Position numbers and translations under genes: made by a program
Notes under the pieces: generated by a model
What the model saw: the letters and a program-made list of their open reading frames with translations, nothing else
What the model was told of the DNA's origin: nothing
Database searches by the model: none
Shown: positions 1 to 9,486 of the stretch, in pieces
Position numbering within the stretch: the stretch's first letter is position 1
Layout of the letters: the number at the start of each line of letters is the position of its first letter
From: an uncultured delta proteobacterium
Lineage (GTDB): Bacteria; Myxococcota; Myxococcia; Myxococcales; Anaeromyxobacteraceae
Length of the DNA stretch: 64,000 bases
Assembly: GCA_963845515.1 (NCBI GenBank)
Contig: CAWJSR010000029.1
Coordinates: 192,001 to 256,000, forward strand
Reading direction: 5' to 3'

Positions 1-1
1 G

Positions 2-1341
2 GAGCCGCTGGGGCTGGCTGCGGCGGATCTCGACGGAGACGGAAGGCTGGACCTGCTCACGGCCAACGGTGCCACTGCGGCCACCTACTACCACCAGAAC
101 CTCGGGCCACTGGCCGGCGGCGTGGTCTTCGCTCAGCCCGTCCGTCTCCCGGCCGGCGACAGTCCGTCCGCCGTCGCGGTGACCGCCCTGGCGTCGGGCG
201 AGACCTGGGTCCTCACCGCGAACGAGCAGGGGCTCAACGTCTCGGCCGCGCTCACCACCGCCACCGGGTTCGTGGTGCCGGACGTCTACCCGACCGACGT
301 CAGCGCCGACGCGGTCGCGCTGGGCTACTTCGACGAGGACGGGTGGCTCGACTTCGCCGCGGTGAGCGCCTGGACCAACGAGCTCCGGGTCTTCGTCCAG
401 GCAAGACCGGCGGCGCCGGCCTCCGACTTCTCGACCTTCACGAGCATCGCCCTCCCGCTCAACGCCGCGCCGTCCGCCGTCGCCGCGGGGGACCTCGACG
501 CCGACGGCGCGGAGGACATCGCCGTCGCCATGAAGGGGCTGGCGCAGGTCGGCCTGTTCCACGCAGACGGCACGGGAGGCTTCGATCCGATCGTCACCCT
601 GGACGTGGGGGCCGAGCCCTCCGCGCTGCTGCTGGCCCAGCTCGACGGCTACGCCGGGCTCGACCTCGCGACCGCCGACGCAGGCTCGAACCGGGTGACC
701 GTGATCGCCTCCACCGGGGTCGGCACCTTCGCCGCGCCCCTCGCCCTGACGGCCGGTCAGTCTCCGGTCGCCCTGGCGGCCGTCGGACCTCGAGGATTGC
801 GGCTGCGTCGACCTCGTGTCGGCCAACGCCGGGGACGGCACGGTCTCGGTCTTCCGCTGCGACCCGGACCTCGCCCGGGACGTTCGGCGCGGCGCTCACC
901 GTGTCGGCCTGCGCCGGCGCGCGGTCGATCGCAGCGGCACGCGTCGATGCCGACGTCCTCCCCGACCTCGTCGTCGGCTGCGCCGATGGCGTCGTGATCC
1001 TCCAGGGCCTCGGCTCCGGAGCGTTCGCTGCGGGCACGCCGCTCTTCCTCGGCCTGGATCCGGCGGCGCTGAGCGTCGCCGACCTCGACGGTGATGGCCT
1101 GACCGACCTCGTGGCAGCGAGCCCGCGCGACGGCGGCATCGCCCTGCTCCGCGGCAGCGCAGGCGGCACGTACTCCGCGCCCGAGATCTTCACGGCCGGC
1201 GGGAGCCCGGTGGGGCTGGCCGTCGGCGCCGTCGACGGCGACGTGCAGCTCGACGTGGTCGCGGCGGTCACCCGTCCCTCGACCGCGCTGGTCGGCGCCG
1301 GCGCCGCGTTCCTCCGCGGGACCTGGACCTGCACGCCCTGA
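2..1341 (+). CDS. FG-GAP/VCBS repeat protein, 5' end outside window, two apparent frameshifts near 790 and 880
   Basis: Repeated Ca-binding DxDGDG motifs (ADLDGDGRLDL, GDLDADGAEDI, ADLDGDGLTDL, GAVDGDVQLDV). The frame is open from base 2 and the repeats continue through three frames to TGA at 1341. Confidence 0.8.
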   Translation, partial: AAGAGCGGSRRRRKAGPAHGQRCHCGHLLPPEPRATGRRRGLRSARPSPGRRQSVRRRGDRPGVGRDLGPHRERAGAQRLGRAHHRHRVRGAGRLPDRRQRRRGRAGLLRRGRVARLRRGERLDQRAPGLRPGKTGGAGLRLLDLHEHRPPAQRRAVRRRRGGPRRRRRGGHRRRHEGAGAGRPVPRRRHGRLRSDRHPGRGGRALRAAAGPARRLRRARPRDRRRRLEPGDRDRLHRGRHLRRAPRPDGRSVSGRPGGRRTSRIAAASTSCRPTPGTARSRSSAATRTSPGTFGAALTVSACAGARSIAAARVDADVLPDLVVGCADGVVILQGLGSGAFAAGTPLFLGLDPAALSVADLDGDGLTDLVAASPRDGGIALLRGSAGGTYSAPEIFTAGGSPVGLAVGAVDGDVQLDVVAAVTRPSTALVGAGAAFLRGTWTCTP

Positions 1342-1430
1342 CTTTGAACACTCCCCCTCTCCCCGACCGGTGGTCCTCTTTGAACACTCCCCCTCTCCCT
1401 CACTGAGGGAGAGGGACAGGGTGAGGGAGA
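1342..1430. repeat. 22-bp direct repeat plus REP-like hairpin between convergent genes
   Basis: CTTTGAACACTCCCCCTCTCCC at 1342-1363 and 1378-1399; stem CCCTCTCCCTC/GAGGGAGAGGG at 1391-1415. Confidence 0.65.
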
Positions 1431-1447
1431 CTTCCCGGCGGCCCGCC

Positions 1448-2281
1448 TCAGTTCATCAGCGGGTTGCGGCTGCGGACGGTCTCCAGGACCTCGCGGACCT
1501 GCGGCGCGTCCGGAGAGTCGGCGGCGACGTCGAGGTAGGCCGTCAGGTCCTTCGCAGCCGCCGCCGCTGCGCCCAGCCGCGCGGCGATGAGGCCGCGGTC
1601 GCGCAGCTCCTCCCGCTGCCCCGGCTCGAGCATGAGCAGCCGGTCGACCACCCACCAGAGCCGGACGTCGTCGGAGCGCTCGAGGTAGATCCGCTTCAGG
1701 TTGTGGAGGAGGCGGGCGAGGATCTGCCTCGGTCCAACCCCTGCGAGGTGGCGCGGCTCCACCGGCCGCCCGTGAGAGGCAGCCTTGAAGCGCGCGACGC
1801 ACTCGTCCAGGGAGAGGACCTCTCCACCGTTGTACGCGTCGATGAAGACCTCCGGCCCGCCCGGCGGCGCGTACTTCAGGAGGAAGTGGCCAGGGAACGC
1901 GACCCCTTGCAGCGGCAGCCCTGCCCGGCGCGCCACCTCCATGTAGAGGAGCGAGAGCGTGATCGGGATCCCGAGCCGGCGGTCGAGGACCTCGTTCAGG
2001 AAGGAGTTGCGCGGGTCGTAGTAGTCCTCGTCGTTCCCGCGGAACCGCTCCTCTTCGTAGAGGACGGTCCGGACGGCCATCAGGACGGCGGCGGCGCGCG
2101 ACGGCGCGGGGGCGTGCATCCGGACGCGCGTGGCGAGGTCGTCGAGCCGGGCGATGTACTTGACCGGGTCGAGCGACTGGTACTCCTCCGCGGCGACGGC
2201 GAGCGCCGCGTCGGCGAGCGGCACGTCTTCCGTCGAGAGGAGCGCCTGGAATCGGGCGCGGGCGTCGCTGTCTGGCTTCAC
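1448..2281 (-). CDS. SirB1/YchA-like protein (transglutaminase-like core 2 plus TPR)
   Basis: Motifs F-x-G-N-x-x-D-Y-Y-D-P-x-N-S, RRLGIPITL, GVAFPGHFL, RLLHNLK and ERDRG-like ELRDRG. Confidence 0.85.
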   Translation of the reverse strand: MKPDSDARARFQALLSTEDVPLADAALAVAAEEYQSLDPVKYIARLDDLATRVRMHAPAPSRAAAVLMAVRTVLYEEERFRGNDEDYYDPRNSFLNEVLDRRLGIPITLSLLYMEVARRAGLPLQGVAFPGHFLLKYAPPGGPEVFIDAYNGGEVLSLDECVARFKAASHGRPVEPRHLAGVGPRQILARLLHNLKRIYLERSDDVRLWWVVDRLLMLEPGQREELRDRGLIAARLGAAAAAAKDLTAYLDVAADSPDAPQVREVLETVRSRNPLMN

Positions 2282-2394
2282 GGGTCCGGGGGTCTAGAGC
2301 CCGTGCGAGCCACCCCCTGAATCGGGTGCGGCGTGGCGTCGGGACTCAGGGAGTATACCGGGCCATCAACCTGCTTGGCGGACAGGCTTACCCC

Positions 2395-2423
2395 TTGACG
2401 CCCGCCGAGCCCTCCCTTAGATT
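2395..2423 (+). promoter_or_regulatory. sigma70-type promoter of tRNA-Asn
   Basis: TTGACG (2395-2400), 17-nt spacer, TAGATT (2418-2423), 14 nt upstream of the tRNA. Confidence 0.75.
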
Positions 2424-2437
2424 CCGCGGCCTGTCAT

Positions 2438-2513
2438 TCCCCAGTAGCTCAGTTGGCAGAGCAGGTGACTGTTAATCACCGGGTCGTATGTTCGAGTCAT
2501 ACCTGGGGAGCCA
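2438..2513 (+). tRNA. tRNA-Asn (GTT)
   Basis: 76-nt cloverleaf, acceptor stem TCCCCAG/CTGGGGA, anticodon loop CTGTTAA, TTCGAGT T-loop, encoded CCA. Confidence 0.97.
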
Positions 2514-2517
2514 CACC

Positions 2518-2558
2518 GACGGGCGGTTCTGCGAAAGCGGAGCCGCCCGTCACTTTTT
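2518..2558 (+). terminator. Rho-independent terminator after tRNA-Asn
   Basis: GACGGGCGGTTCTGC-GAAA-GCGGAGCCGCCCGTC followed by ACTTTTT. Confidence 0.85.
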
Positions 2559-2623
2559 GGGGATCCGGTGGCGCGGCGCGGCCATGGTGGGCGGCTGAGA
2601 AGAACCAGCCGACGCCCGGGTAG

Positions 2624-2803
2624 CTACTGGCGCTCGCGGTCGTGCCCGCGCCCCTTTTCATGGCAGCGACCGTCGCTCCACTCGTGGCCGGGCGGGCACC
2701 GCCTCTCCCCGGCGCGCTTCTGCGTTTCCACGTGGCCCGGGACGCGGACGAGGCAGCCCGTGACAGCGAGGGTCAGAGCGACGGCAGCGAGCAGGGTTCT
2801 CAT
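2624..2803 (-). CDS. Small 59-aa lipoprotein (absent from ORF track)
   Basis: Manual translation MRTLLAAVALTLAVTGCLVRVPGHVETQKRAGERRCPPGHEWSDGRCHEKGRGHDRERQ. Lipobox VTG-C, GGAGG RBS upstream, GC-rich third codon positions. Confidence 0.75.
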   Translation of the reverse strand: MRTLLAAVALTLAVTGCLVRVPGHVETQKRAGERRCPPGHEWSDGRCHEKGRGHDRERQ

Positions 2804-2841
2804 GTGCGTGGCCTCCAGGGACGGCGCGATTCATGACGGTC

Positions 2842-2856
2842 GCACGCGGTGTGCCG
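2842..2856 (-). promoter_or_regulatory. Putative sigma54 -24/-12 promoter for the small lipoprotein
   Basis: Minus strand CGGCACACCGCGTGC has exact GG-N10-GC spacing, about 40 nt upstream of the ATG. Confidence 0.45.
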
Positions 2857-2921
2857 GCGCACAAGCGCGGCAGCCCGGCGCGCTTTCATCCTGACCGCGT
2901 CCGAGCAGGGGCGAGGGAGAT

Positions 2922-3458
2922 TCACTTCTTCTTCGAGGGCAGCCGGATCCGCTCGCCAGCCACGATGAAGACCCCCTTCCCCTCATGGTGGATCGTCCGC
3001 GGAGGCGCCTTCGACGGGGCGATCCAGGCCTTCACGACCTCGAGGACGAAGAAGTTGTAGTCGTCGACCCAGCGCGTGTCGGCGACCTTGCACTCGAGGT
3101 TGGCGTAGCACTCGTCGACGAGCGGGGCCGCGACCTTCGACGCCGCCACGGGTGTCAGGCCGAACTTCTCGAACTTGTCCACGCGCTTCCCGGTGCTGTT
3201 GCCGCACGCGACCACCTGCCTGGCCAGCTCGACCGTCGGGACGTTGAGCACGCACTCCCGGGTCGACGTCAGGGCGCCGAAGGTGTGATTGCGCCCGCTG
3301 AGCACGCAGCCGACGAGCGGCGGCTCGAACTCCATCATCGTGTGCCAGGACATCGGCATGACGTTCGGCCGGCCTCGATCGGAGGTGCTGACCAGCACGA
3401 CAGGCCCGGGCTCGAGGAGGCGGTAGACCTGAGACAACGGCAGCGACCTCTTCTTCAT
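2922..3458 (-). CDS. Flavin reductase-like (DIM6/NTAB family) FMN-binding protein
   Basis: LEPGPVVLV, NVMPMSWH, ECVLNVP, VDKFEKFGLT, APLVDECYANLEC motifs. Confidence 0.88.
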   Translation of the reverse strand: MKKRSLPLSQVYRLLEPGPVVLVSTSDRGRPNVMPMSWHTMMEFEPPLVGCVLSGRNHTFGALTSTRECVLNVPTVELARQVVACGNSTGKRVDKFEKFGLTPVAASKVAAPLVDECYANLECKVADTRWVDDYNFFVLEVVKAWIAPSKAPPRTIHHEGKGVFIVAGERIRLPSKKK

Positions 3459-3599
3459 GGGGCACCTCGAACGCAGCGAGGGAGATCATGACGCACTCGA
3501 TGTGGATTCGGCAAACCTCGCCCGAGCTGGATGGTGAAGACCTCGTCCGGTTGATCAGTACCCCCGGTTGAGCCAGCCGCCTGGTCGCACATTGGGTGG

Positions 3600-4718
3600 A
3601 TGCCTCTCGAGACCGGATGCTATCGTCACGGTGGCATCGCCGTGCGCGACCTTGACGTCATGGGCTTCGGCCCGTTCTTCGAGCGGCAGCTCCGGCCGGA
3701 CGCCGGCGGTGCGGTCGTCCCGGCGCGCGTCGTGGCCGAGCACCGGAGCGCCTACGACGTCTGGGGCGAGGCCGGCGAGGGCTCGGCGCAGCTCGCGGGG
3801 CGACTGCGCCAGGAGCTCGAGGAGACGGGGTTTCCGGGCGTCGGCGACTGGGTCCTCCTCGACGGCCCGCCTGGCCCGGGGCGCACCGCCGTCGTCGAGC
3901 GCATCCTGGAGCGGCGCACGGTCTTCACTCGCGGCGCCGCCGGCCGGGAGGCCCGCCTCCAGGTGATCGCCGCCAACGTCGACCTGGTCTTCGCCGTGAG
4001 CGGGCTGGACGAGGACTTCAACGTCCACAGGATCGAGCGCTACGTCGCCCGCGTCTGGTCGAGCGGCGCGCAGCCGGCGGTGATCCTCAACAAGGCCGAC
4101 GTCTGCGGCGACGTCGCCGCCAGGGTCGCTGAGGTCGAGGGACGGTGCGCCGGCGTGCCGGTCCTCGTCACGAGCGCGCTGCGCGCGGAGGGCGTCGAGG
4201 GGGTCCGTGCCCTCCTTGGCCCCGGGACGACCGTCGCCCTCGTCGGGTCGTCGGGAGCCGGCAAGTCGACGCTCGTCAACGCGCTGCTCGGCGAGGAGCG
4301 GATGGCCACCGGCGCGCTCCGGACGCGCGACGGTCGCGGCCGCCACGTCACGACCCACCGCCAGCTCGTCCTGATCCCGGGCGGCGGCCTGCTGCTCGAC
4401 ACGCCGGGGATGCGGGAGCTCCAGCTCGCCGACGACGAGGGGCTCGACGCGGTCTTCGAGGACGTCGCCGCGCTGGCCGCGGGCTGCCGCTTCGGCGACT
4501 GCCGCCACGACGGCGAGCCGGGCTGCGCGGTCCGGGAGGCGGTGACGTCCGGCGCGCTCTCCGCGGATCGGCTGGAGCACTACCGGAAGCTGGAGAGCGA
4601 GGCCCGGGCCTTCGAGCAACGCCACGACGCGCGGGTGCGGCGGCAGGAGGGGCGCCTTTGGGGGCAGCTCCACGACGAGGTGGCTCGGCTGCGCCGCTGG
4701 AAGGGCGGCAAGCCCTGA
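3600..4718 (+). CDS. rsgA: Ribosome small subunit-dependent GTPase A (start may be GTG 3642 or ATG 3660)
   Basis: Circularly permuted G motifs NKAD, GSSGAGKST, DTPGMRE; C-terminal Zn finger CRFGDCRHDGEPGC; VIAANVD motif. Confidence 0.93.
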   Translation: MPLETGCYRHGGIAVRDLDVMGFGPFFERQLRPDAGGAVVPARVVAEHRSAYDVWGEAGEGSAQLAGRLRQELEETGFPGVGDWVLLDGPPGPGRTAVVERILERRTVFTRGAAGREARLQVIAANVDLVFAVSGLDEDFNVHRIERYVARVWSSGAQPAVILNKADVCGDVAARVAEVEGRCAGVPVLVTSALRAEGVEGVRALLGPGTTVALVGSSGAGKSTLVNALLGEERMATGALRTRDGRGRHVTTHRQLVLIPGGGLLLDTPGMRELQLADDEGLDAVFEDVAALAAGCRFGDCRHDGEPGCAVREAVTSGALSADRLEHYRKLESEARAFEQRHDARVRRQEGRLWGQLHDEVARLRRWKGGKP

Positions 4719-4757
4719 TAAGGTGTTGCTCTCCGTCCCAGCGCATCGAGGTGTCCG

Positions 4758-7700
4758 ATGAGTGGGCCAGAACCCGCAGCAACGCACTCCCGGGTCTCCC
4801 GGCTAGCGGATGGCTGCGCCCTGCTCGCCGCCGCCATCGGGCTGCTGGTCATCGCGGGCTGGCTGCTCGACATCGACGCGCTCAAGCGCGTGCAGCCGGG
4901 GCTAGTGGCGATGAAGTTCAACACCGCCCTTGGCTTCGTGGCCGCCGGAGCGGGGCTCTGGTGGCGCAAGCGGCCCGCGGCGCGGATCCCGCTCGGGGCG
5001 CTGGTGGCGCTGCTCGGCGCGCTCTCGCTCGGCGAGTACCTCGCCGGGAGGAGCTTCGGAATCGATCAGCTCTTCCTCCGCGAGCTCGCGGGGGTGCCAG
5101 ACGGTCCGGGACGGATGGCGCCCTCCTCGGCGCTCTGCTTCCTGCTGCTCGGCGGCGCATTGATCGGGAGCGGCGGAGTGCGTCGGACCGGACTCGGTTC
5201 CGCCGGCTCCGACCGCGGCTCGCGGTGGCCCACCTACGCAGCCGAGCTGCTCGCGCTCATCGCCACCGTGATCGGTGGCTTCTCGCTCATCGCCTATGCC
5301 ACTGGGGCCGTCTACCTGAGGCAGCTCCCTGGCTCCATCGGCATGGCCCTGCACACGGCTGCCGCGTTCGTGGTGCTCGGGCCGGGCATCCTTCTGGCCG
5401 CGGATGGCATCCTGATGCAGACCCTGCGCCTTCGAGGGACGGGTCGGGTCCTGGCGGTCGGCTTCGGCGTGCTCACCCTCCTGCTGGTCGCGGTCGGCAC
5501 AGTGTTCGCCGTCAACCTCCAGCGACTCGCGGAGGATCTCGACGCCCAGGCGAACGTCGCCCGGCCTCGAAGGGAGGCCACCCTGGAGCTGGAGAACAGG
5601 ATTCTCGGCCATGGCCTCGCCGTTCGCCTGGCGATCACGGGCGACCCCCAGGCCCGGCGCGCGGCGTCGGAAGAGGCCGTCGCCGTCGACCGCCACCTCG
5701 CCGACTACAGGGCGCTCGCGACGTCGGATTGGCAGCGTGAGCTCGCAGCACGCTTCGCCGGTCAGTGGCAGGAGCTTCGTGCCCTGGGCGCGGCGTTGCT
5801 GGACTCCGGTGCTTCGCCGAGCCGGGAGGAGGTGACGCGCCTTGCAGCGCTCAGCGTCCGGCTCGTGGACCTGCTGGAGGACGAGATGCGGCCCGAGGCC
5901 GTCGAGTCCTTCGAGGCCCGCAAGACCACCACGCTCCGGGACCTTCGAAGGACCGGCTACTCACCGCTGCTGCTCCTCGTCGCCAGCGTGATCCTGTCTG
6001 TGCTGACGAGCGGCGCCGTCGCTCGGGCAGTCTCCCAGCACGAGCAGACGGTGCGCGAGCAGCGCGAGTGGTTGCGGGTGACGCTCTCCAGCATCGGGGA
6101 CGGCGTGATCGCCTGCGACACGGAGAGCCGGGTCACCTTCCTGAACCCCGTCGCCGAGTCGCTCACCGGGTGGCGGGCCGCGGAGGCGCAAGGCCGGCAG
6201 CTCGCGACAGTCCTCAGGCTCATCAACGAGCAGACCCGCGAGCCAGCGGCGGACATCGCGGAGCAGGTGCTGCGCGAGGGGCGGGTCGTCGAGCTGGCGA
6301 ACCACACCGCCCTCGTCACCCGCGACGGTCGCGAGGTACCCATCGAGGACAGCGCGGCACCGATCACCGACGACGTCGGCAAGCTGACTGGCGCGGTGAT
6401 CGTCTTTCACGACGTCACGCAGCGGCGACGCGCCATCGACCAGGTGAGGGATAGCGCGGCGCGCCTCGCCCTGTCGCAGGAGATGGCTCACCTGGGCAGC
6501 TGGGAGCTCGACCCGGTGCGCGACCACCTGACGTGGTCGGACGAGGTGTATCGGATCTTCGGGCTGGAGCCGCAGCAGTTCCAGGCGACCTACGAGGCCT
6601 TCCTCGAGGCGGTGCATCCCGATGATCGGACCGCGGTCGACGCCGCGTACGCCGGCTCCGTGCGCGATGGGCGGGAGGCCTACGAGATCGAGCACAGGGT
6701 CGTGCGCAGGTCGGACGGCGACGTCCGGATCGTCCACGAGAAGTGCCTGCACTTCCGCGATGCGGAAGGGCGCGTCCTCCGCTCCGTGGGGATGGTGCAC
6801 GACATCACCGCGCGAAAGCACGCCGAGGAGGCCCTGCGCGAGAGCGAGGAGCGGTACCGCCTCCTCACCGAGAACGCCGTCAGCGCGGTCGCCGAGCACG
6901 AGGTCGTGCTGGACGCCGCAGGCAAGCCGGTGGACTACGTCTTCTTGAGCGCCAACCCGTCCTTCGAGACCTGCACCGGCTTGCGGGTGGCGGACGTCCT
7001 CGGCCGCCGCGTCACCGAGGTCCTGCCGGGCGTCGCGAAGACCGACCTGATCGAGCTCTATGGCAGGGTGGCGCTCACCGGCGAACCGGTCACCTTCGAG
7101 CGCTACTTCCAGCCGCTGGAGCGCAACTTCCTCATCAGCGCCTATCGGGTGGGCGCGGGGCACTTCGCCACGGCGTTCACCGACATCACCGAGCGGAAGC
7201 GGGCAGAGGAGGCGCTGGCGGCGGCCCATCTCCTGCTTGCAGACACCGACCGGCGCAGGACCGAGTTCCTGGCCGTCCTTTCGCATGAGCTGCGCAATCC
7301 CCTGACCTCCGTCTGCAACAGCCTCCGCGTGCTCGAGCGAGCGGTCCCGGGCAGCGAGCAGGCACAGCGCGCCCAGGAGGTCATGGACCGTCAGACCAGG
7401 CAGCTCGTGCGCCTGGTCGACGACCTGCTGGATGTCACGCGCGTCACGCGCAACAAGATCCAGCTCAAGCGCGCGCCCCTGGACCTGAACGAGCTCGTCC
7501 GTCGGTCGGTCGAGGACTACCGCTCGTCGTTCGAGGACAAGGGAGTAGCCCTCGAGGTGGAGCTTGCACCGGAGCCGTTGACGGTCGACGGCGACGCGGC
7601 GCGCCTCGCGCAGGTGGTCGGCAATCTCCTCCAGAACGCGGCCAAGTTCACGCCGGCCGGCGGTCGCGTCGCGGTCAGCACCTCCGCCGCGACGCCGAGG

Positions 7701-8390
7701 GGTCCTGCCACGCTCAGGATCGCCGACAGCGGCGCTGGAATCGACGCTGCGATGCTCGGCCATCTGTTCCAGCCATTCATGCAGGCCGACGCGACCCTGG
7801 ACCGCAGCAATGGTGGCCTCGGCCTCGGGCTGGCGCTCGTGAAGGGGCTGGTGGAGATGCACGGCGGCAAGGTCCATGCGCACAGCGATGGGAGCGGCAA
7901 GGGAGCAGCGTTCGTGGTCGAGCTGCCGCTCGACGCGACCGCTGCCGCCGAGGTGACGCCTGCGGCGCCCGGAGCGGCGGTGCGGCACCGACGTGTACTG
8001 ATCATCGAGGACAACGTCGACGCGGCGGACAGCCTCGGCGAGGTGCTGCGCCTGGGAGAGCACGAGGTCGAGGTGGCGTACGGCGGCCCCGCAGGGCTCG
8101 CGCTGGCACGGGTGTTCCGGCCCGAGGTCGTGCTCTGCGACATCGGCCTCCCCGGGATGGACGGCTACGCGGTCGCACGGGCGTTCCGGGCAGACGACGC
8201 GCTGAGAGGCGTCTTCCTGGTGGCGCTGAGCGGCTACGCGTTGCCTGAGGACCTGCAACGGGCAGCGGAGGCCGGGTTCGACAGGCACCTCTCGAAGCCG
8301 CCGGCCCTGGAGAAGGTCGAGCGACTCCTCGCGGGGTCGCTAGAGCGTCCAGCCGCCGCGCGGGTGGATGCCTCGCCCTCGAGCGCGTGA
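4758..8390 (+). CDS. Membrane hybrid sensor histidine kinase (TM region, three PAS, HisKA, HATPase, receiver)
   Basis: Hydrophobic N-terminus; PAS ends DVT/DIT; H-box SHELRNPL; NLLQNAAKFT; GLGLGL; receiver VLIIEDN...DIGLPGMDG. Confidence 0.92.
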   Translation: MSGPEPAATHSRVSRLADGCALLAAAIGLLVIAGWLLDIDALKRVQPGLVAMKFNTALGFVAAGAGLWWRKRPAARIPLGALVALLGALSLGEYLAGRSFGIDQLFLRELAGVPDGPGRMAPSSALCFLLLGGALIGSGGVRRTGLGSAGSDRGSRWPTYAAELLALIATVIGGFSLIAYATGAVYLRQLPGSIGMALHTAAAFVVLGPGILLAADGILMQTLRLRGTGRVLAVGFGVLTLLLVAVGTVFAVNLQRLAEDLDAQANVARPRREATLELENRILGHGLAVRLAITGDPQARRAASEEAVAVDRHLADYRALATSDWQRELAARFAGQWQELRALGAALLDSGASPSREEVTRLAALSVRLVDLLEDEMRPEAVESFEARKTTTLRDLRRTGYSPLLLLVASVILSVLTSGAVARAVSQHEQTVREQREWLRVTLSSIGDGVIACDTESRVTFLNPVAESLTGWRAAEAQGRQLATVLRLINEQTREPAADIAEQVLREGRVVELANHTALVTRDGREVPIEDSAAPITDDVGKLTGAVIVFHDVTQRRRAIDQVRDSAARLALSQEMAHLGSWELDPVRDHLTWSDEVYRIFGLEPQQFQATYEAFLEAVHPDDRTAVDAAYAGSVRDGREAYEIEHRVVRRSDGDVRIVHEKCLHFRDAEGRVLRSVGMVHDITARKHAEEALRESEERYRLLTENAVSAVAEHEVVLDAAGKPVDYVFLSANPSFETCTGLRVADVLGRRVTEVLPGVAKTDLIELYGRVALTGEPVTFERYFQPLERNFLISAYRVGAGHFATAFTDITERKRAEEALAAAHLLLADTDRRRTEFLAVLSHELRNPLTSVCNSLRVLERAVPGSEQAQRAQEVMDRQTRQLVRLVDDLLDVTRVTRNKIQLKRAPLDLNELVRRSVEDYRSSFEDKGVALEVELAPEPLTVDGDAARLAQVVGNLLQNAAKFTPAGGRVAVSTSAATPRGPATLRIADSGAGIDAAMLGHLFQPFMQADATLDRSNGGLGLGLALVKGLVEMHGGKVHAHSDGSGKGAAFVVELPLDATAAAEVTPAAPGAAVRHRRVLIIEDNVDAADSLGEVLRLGEHEVEVAYGGPAGLALARVFRPEVVLCDIGLPGMDGYAVARAFRADDALRGVFLVALSGYALPEDLQRAAEAGFDRHLSKPPALEKVERLLAGSLERPAAARVDASPSSA

Positions 8391-8415
8391 GAAGGAGTCT
8401 AGGGGGCTCTCCCCC

Positions 8416-9370
8416 TCACCGCTCCTCCGCCGGCACCACCGCCCGCGCCACCGGCGGCCAGAGGAGCGAGGCGAGGATCGAGAGCCCCAGGATGGCCGCG
8501 ATGATCGAGCAGGGATGGGGCGATCGGGACCTTGTAGACGTCAGCGAGGAGCATCTTCGCCCCCACGAAGATCAGGACGAAGGAGAGTCCGACCTTCAGG
8601 TAGGCGAACTTCGTGATGACCCCGGCGAGCAGGAAGTAGAGCGACCTGAGCCCGAGGATCGCGAAGATGTTCGACGTGAAGACGATGAAGGGGTCGGAGG
8701 TCACCGCGAAGATCGCCGGGATCGAGTCGACCGCGAAGACGACGTCGGTCACCTCCACCGCGACCAGGGCAACGAGCAGGGTGGTCGCGTGGAGCCGGCC
8801 ATCGCGCAGGACGATGAACTTCCCGCCAGACGGGCCGTGGGTCACCGGGAAGACCCTCTGGAATGCCTTCACCAGCGGGTTGCGCTCGGGGTGGATCTCC
8901 TGGTTGCGCTGCAGGAGGAGCTTCAGCCCCGTGAACGCCAGGACCGCGCCGAAGACGTAGATGGCCCAGTGGAACTGCTGCAGGAAGGCGCCGCCGGCCA
9001 GGATGAAGGCGGCCCGCATCGCCAGCGCTCCCAGCACGCCCCAGAACAGGATCCGGTGCTGGTAGATGGCCGGGACCGCGAAGGCCCCGAAGATCACGAC
9101 GAAGACGAAGATGTTGTCGACCGCGAGGGCCTTCTCGATGAGGTAGCCGGCGGTGAACTCGAGCGCCCGCTCGGCCCCGAACCAGGAGTACACGGCGACG
9201 TTGAAGGCGGCCGCGAGGCCCACCCAGACCGCGCTCCAGCCAGCCGCCTCCTTCATGCTCACCTCGTGCGCCTTCCTGTGGAAGACGCCGAGATCGACGG
9301 CCAGCATGACCAGCACGAAGACGATGAAGCCCGCCCACAGCATCGGTGTCCCAACGGTCTCGAACGGCAT
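8416..9370 (-). CDS. TerC/Alx family membrane protein (frameshift near 8510; corrected end IIAAILGLSILASLLWPP...)
   Basis: GYLIEKALAVDNIFVF, DVVFAVDSIPAIFAVT and FIVFTSNIFAILGLRSLYF are TerC signatures. ATG at 9370. Confidence 0.9.
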
Positions 9371-9427
9371 TCCCGGATCCTCTCCTCGTCCTAGCTTCGA
9401 CCCCTCTCGTCTAACCGCGGGCCCTGC

Positions 9428-9474
9428 TGTCGACAATCACGATATCTGGACGTGACGTGTCGTTTTTCTCGACA
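9428..9474. promoter_or_regulatory. Two LysR-type T-N11-A boxes (putative NhaR operator)
   Basis: TGTCG-ACAATCA-CGATA (9428-9444) and perfect TGTCG-TTTTTCT-CGACA (9458-9474), 30 bp apart, between divergent terC and nhaR. Confidence 0.6.
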
Positions 9475-9486
9475 TATCTTCCGGCC

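Noticed and set aside
3490..3600. GGCAAACC resembling a c-di-GMP-I riboswitch upstream of rsgA
   Set aside because: The GAAA tetraloop stem and the downstream GCAAAG/P2 elements are missing.
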